DNA of 64,000 nucleotides. It comes from Tubulanus polymorphus. Taxonomy: Eukaryota; Animalia; Nemertea. The stretch spans positions 23,842,150-23,906,149 of the forward strand of contig NC_134026.1 in NCBI RefSeq assembly GCF_964204645.1, given 5' to 3'. Positions 1 through 7,967 of this stretch are shown here, in pieces. A program made the position numbers and the translations under genes. The notes beneath the pieces are model-generated. The model worked only from the letters and a program-made list of their open reading frames with translations. It made no database searches and was not told the DNA's origin. Every line of letters starts with the position of its first letter. Position 1 is the first letter of the stretch.

Positions 1-128
1 TTTTGAATCTCTTGACTAAATAAAATGGTATCTATTGTTTTGAGGCATTTTGAAAAATGCATAAATTAAATATTTGCATCCGCATAATTTGTTGCGATAA
101 ACCGTCGTTTTTAATTCCTATTTTGCAG

Positions 129-2927
129 TATATGACGATGCAATTTCAAAAGGAAAAAGAATCATTAGAGAAAACCATGACAGTGAAGCAGAAGAACAAG
201 AAGAAGTACATGACGTTGAAGATCCTCGACAAAGAACAAGCGCAGACGTCGACGCTCGTTCAGAGACACAGTAAACAGATGTTGGAACTGTTAGCTCAGA
301 AGAAGGAGGAGTTAGAAAGAGAACTGGAGATTGAACTTGCCGGAGTACGTCGCGACAAAGATAATCTGTAGAAATTATATGATTTCAATTATAGTTTTGA
401 TAGAATCGATGCTAAAAACGTTGTTGATATTTCAGCAAGAAGACAGTTTGCCTTATGAGGAAAATAAAGCGGGCGAGACGCACGAAATAAATACAGAAAC
501 AAAAAACAAATTGTTACATTCAAATGGCGAGTTTGTCGATCCATTCATGCCGATGGCTCTCGATAATCTCGACCTACCCGTTACTCCAGGCACACCGCCT
601 CCAAGGCCACCATCGTGCAGCAAGAAAGATATCTACGCCGACCCGAATGAGGTCTTCAGTGAGCTTGATGAGCATGTTTTTAATGTAAATATCTGCAGTT
701 ACAGAGAAAGCCTGATCCAAGACTCTGTTCCGGTAGATTCATCATCGTTGAATAACAAACTATTCTGATTTCAGATTGCCGAAAATGAACAACAAACCTT
801 CACAGACCTTGTCCACCAACTGACTGAAATATGTGTGAGTGACCTTGAAAAAGTTCGGTATGTGCTTGTTACTAATTATTATCTAGCTATCTCGAAATGC
901 GGTATCGAATGTAACAGAATATGTATATTGAAAATATTTTAGAGCAATATTCCGATGGATAACCGTTAAAGATTTGAATATGATGGACATCGAAGAAATT
1001 ACTGGTGATACACCTCTAGGCTTATTACGAGGAATCAAATTTGGCACGGAGACCTACCACGTCCTATTCATGCGGTTGTGCAGGTTAATATATTTACAAC
1101 AAAAATCATATAAATTTCCATTCACTTTTTAAAATTTTAGACCATGTTACTCATAATTTCCTTCAGTTACGTTGGACTTCACTGTGTCGAGATAAAAGGC
1201 CATTCTAAAAGCGTTGGATACGAACCTGGTATGAGGATAAAAGAGAATACTTTCTTGAATACGTGGAATGCAGTTTTTGTAGATGGCGATTGGAGACTGA
1301 TTCAATGTAACTGGGGAGCTAGGTAAGATAACAGATCTTGGATGGTCATGGAGTAAACTGATGTCTCCTTGGCAAGAAAATAGTATATAATACCTCACAA
1401 CACTAACATGATAAGTTTGAGGAAGAAACCTATGATAAGAAACCTAGTATTTTCTAACCATTTTTCAGGCATCTGGTGCTCAACAAAGATGGTAACCAAC
1501 AAGAAGAACGCAGACGCAAGGGAGGCGATAAAATCCGATATCAATACGACGAACATTATTTCCTGACGGATCCTTGCGATTTCATACTCGAATTCTGGCC
1601 GTTCGAATCTCAATGGCAGCTACTCGATTCACCTATTACTTTGGAACAATTCGAATCACTGCCGTTTGTACGGTCCATCTTCTTCCATTATAAAATGCAG
1701 CTTGAATCTGGTACGAAGGCTATCATGTACAACGACGAACGCGGAGGTTCACAAATTAAACTACGGATTCCGGAAGAGCTTGTACGCGATGTTGTGTTCC
1801 ATCACCAGTTGCGATTTGCCGACGAAGCCAGGCGGGATTGGAAGGAGTACAAAGGCACGAAAATGGAACGCTTTGTATTTCAGACGACTGTTAACAACAC
1901 GATCGTGTTCAGTATACACGTACCAACCCTCGGGGAGTATTTCCTCGAGATATTTGCGAATAGAATCGACGACAGCAACCGAATTGGAAGCGACCCCAGT
2001 ACGCCCATGCAACCGTTCCGTCTAAAGTGTGCTTGCAAGTTCCGCCTCGTGTCGACAAAAATGACGGGCAAAATGCACCCCTTGCCGAATTGTGCAACTG
2101 GAGAATGGGGTCCGTGGAAAGCGTTGCGTCATTTCGATATCAATCCGATAACACACGACACTGGAGTTATTAATGAAGATAATACCATTGAGATTAAATT
2201 AGGTGTTCCTCGTCCTTTACAGTTTTTAGCCAAGGTTCACGCAAATGGTGTCAACGATCACCTGCTTGACGAATTTGTTGAACTTATGGCCAGCAACGAC
2301 ATCCTGACAATTCGATTGTCACCGCCTCAGCCTGGTCAATACGGCCTTGATATCTTTGCGAGGCCCGAAGGTACTCCTGGTGAAAATGTAACATTAGCGC
2401 ATGCTTGTAAATTTCTCATAAACTGCAGCAAAGTTGACGATCCAAAGCCATTGCCTAAAATGGAAGCGTCGCCTCCTTCCAAGATGACAAAGGAAAAGTG
2501 GGGTCCAATATCAAATTTTAGCGGATATGGTTTGCGTACAGTATCACATTCGGAACCAAAAATTAAGTATTTCAGAAAGGACCCGCTTATAATTGAAATA
2601 GGTTTCTCAAAACCAATTCAATTCGCCTATCATTTATTGCTGGAGCCGGACGAAGATCACCGCGAGCACATAACACTACAGAAGGACGACAAGGCTAAGA
2701 TAGCTCGCTTCACGATCACTTTAACGAAATCCGGAAATTATCTGTTCGCTATTTACGCTAAAGACACGCAAACTAACGACAAAATGATGGTCAACGTCTA
2801 TAACTACATGATTCAAAGCATACCCGAAGATGCACTGGATGGCGTCATCGAACCTCGCCGAAATCGACGCCGATCATCGTCGAACATCCTCGGAATTTTC
2901 CGGAAAGACAAGAACAAAGACAAATGA
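129..2927 (+). CDS. Hil: Hillarin / kyphoscoliosis-peptidase (KY)-like transglutaminase-domain protein, 5'-partial spliced gene (exons 129-344, 436-684, 775-857, 943-1083, 1167-1322, 1469-2927)
   Basis: All five introns are GT-AG with compatible phases (0,0,2,2,2). The joined translation gives a coiled coil, then DLEKVRAIFRWITVKDLN..GIKFGTETYHVLFMRLCSYVGLHCVEIKGHSKSVGYEPG..NTWNAVFVDGDWRLIQCNWGARHL..YDEHYFLTDP, as in hillarin-family transglutaminase-like domains, then KY-type repeats (EWGP/KWGP, GEYFLEIFA, GQYGLDIFA, GNYLFAIYA). Stop TGA 2925-2927. Upstream exons lie outside the window. Confidence 0.9.
1469..2927 (+). CDS. Hil: Terminal coding exon of the hillarin/KY-like gene
   Basis: Acceptor tttttcag ends at 1468, followed by the 483-aa ORF 1476-2927 with three KY-like repeats. 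Confidence 0.92.
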
Positions 2928-3484
2928 TAATATCACAGCTACAGGAACTGGAGTTTTGTGTGATTTGGATTGTAAGTATCGATGCGCAACGTCCAATACA
3001 TCCCAATATTCCCAATAACCTTCACTTAATATTCATACGAATGTACTATTTAATGAATGTAACTGACGAAACATAAGCAATCATCGTGACACTGCTGCAT
3101 AACATTATCAATACTTCATGTGAATTGGACAAATGCTGAATTTTTAACTATTCATACGTATTATTAGAGAGTATTCAGGAAACTTTTTTCAACGGTTATT
3201 ACGTATTGTAATTTTACGGTTTCATTTTTCTTTAATGATAAGAAATTAGCCGTTCGATACATATAGATAGTGAGACATTCTTGCGCATAGTAAAGAAATA
3301 TGAATGTAGACTTGGTATCTATTAAAAGTGTTCTAGATCCGGACAATTTCATAGAAAACTATACGCATGAATTTTATATTATTCAAGTCCAATTGAGTAA
3401 AAGTGAATTGATGTTTTTTTCTATATTATCTCGCTTCTCACTTGTCTATTGATACATGTATATGATTACTAAAAGCACGAGACG

Positions 3485-3490
3485 AATAAA
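3485..3490 (+). terminator. Probable poly(A) signal of the hillarin-like gene
   Basis: AATAAA about 560 nt after the stop codon, followed by a T/GT-rich tract. Confidence 0.55.
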
Positions 3491-3555
3491 AGGTTATTTT
3501 CTATGTCTGACTTTTTGACATCGTATCATTCGGACTAACCGAATACTTGTGTAAT

Positions 3556-3728
3556 CAGTCAAATCCGCTTAATACGGATCGGCTTAATGCGGTTTTTGGT
3601 CAATTCCGGACAACATTTGCAATCCATTCGTTCATAAATATACAAGAAACTCACTTTTAATCGGGATTTCCCGTAAACCGGATGAATTTTGTCGATCCCA
3701 AATGATCCGAATTAAGCGGATTCTACTG
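3556..3728. mobile_element. MITE with CAGT termini (pogo/Tigger-like)
   Basis: 25-bp terminal inverted repeats: CAGTCAAATCCGCTTAATACGGATC on the left, and the reverse complement of the right end reads CAGTAGAATCCGCTTAATTCGGATC. No coding capacity. Confidence 0.75.
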
Positions 3729-4558
3729 CATGTGATTTTTTTTTGTTTTCGTGCCTCACGGCGATGTATTCAATGAGGAATCAATTATCTCGTGTTGATT
3801 ACGACGATACATGTATAGGCCAATGGCGAGACAAATGAATATGAAGATAGGAATCTAAATATCTCGTACTAAATTTATTTTCAATCAGGCATCGTACAAC
3901 GAAATATTCAACAATTTCAACTATCCATCGATCAGTTATTAGATACTTGCAAATCTCACGAAACTATTACAAAATAACACACGCACAATTACAAAATATA
4001 TTCATTACCACACACATCTATTAGTTAAAATATAATATCAATTATTGGAATAGTCAGTCACGGTACTACGCTCCAAACTTGGAGTAATCATTACTCCAAT
4101 TGACTTGGAAATTACATAAAGCACCCATAATTCTTTGTCTCTTTTGTCCAAGGACTCAAACTCTTCATTTAGAGGCCGTGCTTTAATATATCTTCCTGAC
4201 CAGAGGATTTGGTATGGCTCTTCACTCATAATGATTTATACGGAGATAATAAAATGTAGACATGCTCAGCGCTGTATCGAAATCATGACAATATTGTACA
4301 CCATCTAAATACTAAAAATAAATATCAATCTTATTATATAAACACTTCCCTTCTCTAACCTCATACCTCATAAACGATCAATTAATCTTTTAAATTGATG
4401 GAAAGATTGGTAGAATTAATGTTTATCACAAATTCACAAATACAATACATGTACTATATCACAAATACGGTGGTTTTACGCGTGTCAAATATCAAATACC
4501 CGGCATCACGTGCACACATGGAGTATATAATATTGGCAAATCATTTCGTAGAATTGGA

Positions 4559-6103
4559 TCAGCCAAGCTCTCTGGGCATTTCCCCCGGGAGTTCAAACGG
4601 AACCTCCGCATAATCTTGTTCATGCGCTACTTGTCCACGTGCATTTCCGTCCAGGCGTCGAACTCGCAATACTTCTGCAACCAGAGGCGATCTGGTATCT
4701 ACTTGAGAATGCTGATGGCGGCCGACTATTAATCGAGGGTTTGGCAACATCGAATCGAGAGAACGCCTCGGTCGCGAGAAATATCCATCGGGAAACCACC
4801 CGGACGGAACTTCCCCGGTAGAAGGAGCGGATGTGGTTGTTACAGGTTGCCTCTGAGCTGAACTTTCATCTGAATGTAAGGAAGAAGCGCTCAATCGTGT
4901 AACGGCCGTTCCCGTAGTTGATGAGGATGAACGTCGCCTATTCATATAATAACTGATCATACTTTCACTAGCGCGTCGACCCATGCGAGGACGGCTCTCG
5001 ATATCGGAGTCGACACTGGCGCGTCGTAGGAATATTTTCGGTATTTCTTCCCTGATCATTGAGTTTCTAAAAAAGTAAACCAATGGATTTATTGCACAGC
5101 CGGCTAAAGCCATCCATACGGCGAACGTTTCTAGAGACGTCGGTATGTGATATGGATCATTCATTGACGATTCAATTGTGATCAATGAAAAGTATGGCAA
5201 CCACGAAATAGTCACTGCTGACATAACAAGTAACGAGGTTTTTGCAGTTTTCCACTCGTCTTTTTGAAATAACAGGCCGAATCGTCCGAAACTCAGCGCA
5301 CTTCCTCGCCTGGATAACAGAGAGCTGCGGCGTCGCGCAAATCCCGACTCCTGATTTGTTTGGTCCGGTAACATACTGTTTCGTCGGGCGCGCGCACTTG
5401 TCTCCTTAGATGCTCGCAGTATTGAACAATAAATCCATATCATTAAAATAAACGGTAAATAAAAACAGCTAACTGAAAAGAAAAAGGCATACGATCGATC
5501 TTTTGCGGTGATGGTTTTCCAGTTCACTGTGCACGAGTGTTTTTCCTTTTGATAGGAGAATCTATTCCAACCAAATATCGGCGGCACTGATAGGACTACT
5601 GACGTCACCCAGACAGAGGCAAGGGCATAATTCGAACTAGAAGGAGTCACTAGCATGGTATATCGTAATGGAGTTACAACAGCACAATATCTGTCAAAGG
5701 AAATCAGAAGCAAGGTTAGAATACAGGCAGCAAGAAGCACGGTGGATAACAGAGCGGTAATTTGGCACCAGGCCTGACCGAAAACCCAAACCTCCATCAC
5801 CGTCGATATCAACACAAACGGCATTATCAATGTAGCCATTAAAAAGTTCGTCAGGGCCAAATTCAAAATGAAACGATTCGAAATAGTCAGCAGCCAGTGT
5901 TGTTTCTTATAAAATACCACAAATACTAGAGTGTTCGCTACCGTACTAGCCACACATATTAATACCATGATAATTGCGCGCACAGTTATTTCCAAATATG
6001 ACGTTTGCTCTACAGGTGGCGTTGTTGATGGGGTTGTTAGATTTCCAAGCGAAACAGTGGTCGTTGTAATGAGCGAATGCACCGGTTGTGATACGTTCAC
6101 CAT
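4559..6103 (-). CDS. GPR161: Class A GPCR, GPR161-like, 514 aa, single coding exon
   Basis: Seven hydrophobic segments with DRY, WLPY and NPLVY motifs. VVFYKKQHWLLTISNRFILNLALTNFL..PF..WVFGQAWC resembles the TM1-TM3 region of vertebrate GPR161 as I recall it. ICL3 and the C-tail are rich in RRxS sites. Confidence 0.88.
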   Translation of the reverse strand: MVNVSQPVHSLITTTTVSLGNLTTPSTTPPVEQTSYLEITVRAIIMVLICVASTVANTLVFVVFYKKQHWLLTISNRFILNLALTNFLMATLIMPFVLISTVMEVWVFGQAWCQITALLSTVLLAACILTLLLISFDRYCAVVTPLRYTMLVTPSSSNYALASVWVTSVVLSVPPIFGWNRFSYQKEKHSCTVNWKTITAKDRSYAFFFSVSCFYLPFILMIWIYCSILRASKETSARARRNSMLPDQTNQESGFARRRSSLLSRRGSALSFGRFGLLFQKDEWKTAKTSLLVMSAVTISWLPYFSLITIESSMNDPYHIPTSLETFAVWMALAGCAINPLVYFFRNSMIREEIPKIFLRRASVDSDIESRPRMGRRASESMISYYMNRRRSSSSTTGTAVTRLSASSLHSDESSAQRQPVTTTSAPSTGEVPSGWFPDGYFSRPRRSLDSMLPNPRLIVGRHQHSQVDTRSPLVAEVLRVRRLDGNARGQVAHEQDYAEVPFELPGEMPRELG

Positions 6104-6319
6104 ATTTTAGCCCTTTTCCTCTGGCAATTGATACTTCTTGATCTTTACCATCTTCCCTTTGCATTTCCATCAAATAATTGGTGATTATCAACAGTCACGA
6201 CGCAACTGATGATACCGTCTTCAAACCAATACAGGCTAGTGGCCATCAATCACTGCGATTCCATCTTTGATCCCTTGAGCTTCCCTTTTACCCTCTGGTT
6301 GCATTTGATTGACCAAATT
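6104..6319 (-). other. 5'UTR part of the GPR161 coding exon, with upstream AUGs
   Basis: Minus-strand acceptor tctattttcag at 6330-6320. uORF at 6304-6236, and an out-of-frame AUG at 6170 whose frame overlaps the main start. Candidate upstream donors at 7626 (AG|gtaagg) and 8009 (CG|gtaagt). Confidence 0.55.
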
Positions 6320-6696
6320 CTGAAAATAGAAACATTAGTTTTGAATAAACAAATGTTCTCTCCACCATGCACCGAAATCTATAGACGATCGTATACCTGA
6401 TTCCCCGGGTATAGCGAATAACATGTATACTCTCTACATGATAATGATACCACTTTTATATAGAAGCAAATGAATAGCCATTTCACCAGAAATGGCGCTA
6501 AACTAAGCTAAATATATCACGATCTGACAGAAAAACGACCCGGGGTGAACATTCGGACAGGAGTCATTAGAGTTAATCAATGATATGCTTGACAAGACGT
6601 CAAATATCACATCGAACCACCCAGTATAAGTGGATGATAACGATAGGCTACTTTTCAAAGGTTGGTATCTCGTTGACTAAAACCCCCTAGTCTAAC

Positions 6697-6782
6697 TCTT
6701 GGCTTTCGTTTTTACATTGTTTTATGTTTATATATCTATATAATATATTTATACATAAACAATGTTAAAACGAAAGCCAAGA
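6697..6782. repeat. AT-rich inverted repeat / mini foldback element
   Basis: TCTTGGCTTTCGTTTT (6697-6712) is the exact complement of AAAACGAAAGCCAAGA (6767-6782), and the pairing continues with ACATTGTTT/AAACAATGT. Confidence 0.8.
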
Positions 6783-6929
6783 ATTACAAGTTATATCTAA
6801 AGCCGAGGATTCAAATCACATTCAAACCCTAATTTCATAGCATGCGTAAATACATTATATAGAGTAGATGTTTATAAGATTAATAGCCATAGAAGCGATA
6901 ACACTAAAAACCTCATTTTCTAATGAGTA

Positions 6930-7400
6930 AACACAGCTTATTAAACAAGAACGTTTTCAGGATCATATCCCCTCATCAGGTGAAATACAAGTGAATCAAA
7001 TGATTAAACTACAGGTTTATACACTTCAAGTTACAAGTGCTTAATTTTAAGCTAATTAAAAACCAAGTATTCAATTACAAGCTAGTTATTTGAATACATT
7101 TAAGATGAAGGATAAGCCGTTTTGGAATAATTGTTGATTTAAAGAGGGTCGTTGCGCTTTAATAAACAGGGCCTCCCTAATCTTACAGTCGAGATCAGAT
7201 GAGCCTTTGTCTAGAATTTTGAATTTGTTGTCACTGAATTCCTGATCACAAGTGTGACGAATTGCGAGATGTTGTCCAATCGCTGAAGTCTTTGATCTGA
7301 GTTCTTTAATCCTGACGGCCAAATGTAGTTTTTCCAATATAGGAAGTGTTTATATCACATAAACAATTAAATTCATAATTATAAGATTAACCTTAGTTCA
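6930..7400 (-). mobile_element. Penelope-like retroelement 3' remnant (frameshifted GIY-YIG endonuclease plus 3' repeat)
   Basis: Minus-strand translation YEFNCLCDINTSYIGKTT, a frameshift near 7327, then HLAVRIKELRSKTSAIGQHL..FKILDKGSSDLDCKIREALFIKAQRPSLN. This matches the PLE GIY-YIG pattern and is followed by a hammerhead-like motif. Confidence 0.85.
6945..6985 (-). ncRNA. Degenerate minimal hammerhead ribozyme motif (PLE-associated)
   Basis: CTGATGA-GGGGAT-ATG-ATCCT-GAAA-ACGT-TC. Core boxes, stem II and a palindromic stem III remnant are present, but stem I is poor. Confidence 0.55.
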
Positions 7401-7883
7401 TCACATTTCCAACAACAGATCGCCGTAAAACAATATACATCCGACCATTCCCCTTGATTTGACGTTTTGTGTACAGATTTGTTTTTCGACTTCTATTCCC
7501 AACAATTTATAGTCTTTTTGGTAGAAATCTGTACAAATTTTCTGATCCAACTTGAATGTTTCTGATAAGTATTCGTTCAAATAGTATACTAGAAAGTCGC
7601 TTTTGATATCAAAGATATGTCCTTACCTATTGGTTGCAGTGAGATAACATCCATAAAGCCTAGATAGCTAATTGTATGCGAATATGCTATGTTTAACTCG
7701 GCAACTGACATCGCACTCGATGTGTCGCCTTCAAACCGGCTCTGTAACTGGGTTTGGGAGCACATTGGCAGTATTTTATATCTTACAGTTTAAGATCTCT
7801 AACGAGAATATTGCGGCTTGCTTACGCGTAAAATCAAACAAACACTTAGTAGCGTTCAAACGAAAAGCCTGCATACGCAGTGG

Positions 7884-7923
7884 ATGACGCAGAGAACGCT
7901 GGAGCTAGTGCTGATGACGTCAT
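7884..7923. promoter_or_regulatory. Tandem CRE/ATF sites, candidate bidirectional promoter
   Basis: Perfect palindrome ATGACGTCAT at 7914-7923 and variant ATGACGCA at 7884-7891, 30 bp apart, in a CpG-containing patch between GPR161 and the structured element. Confidence 0.55.
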
Positions 7924-7967
7924 ACGACAACTAGACAGGGCTTCTCTGTTTTAGCGCAAGAAAAAAC

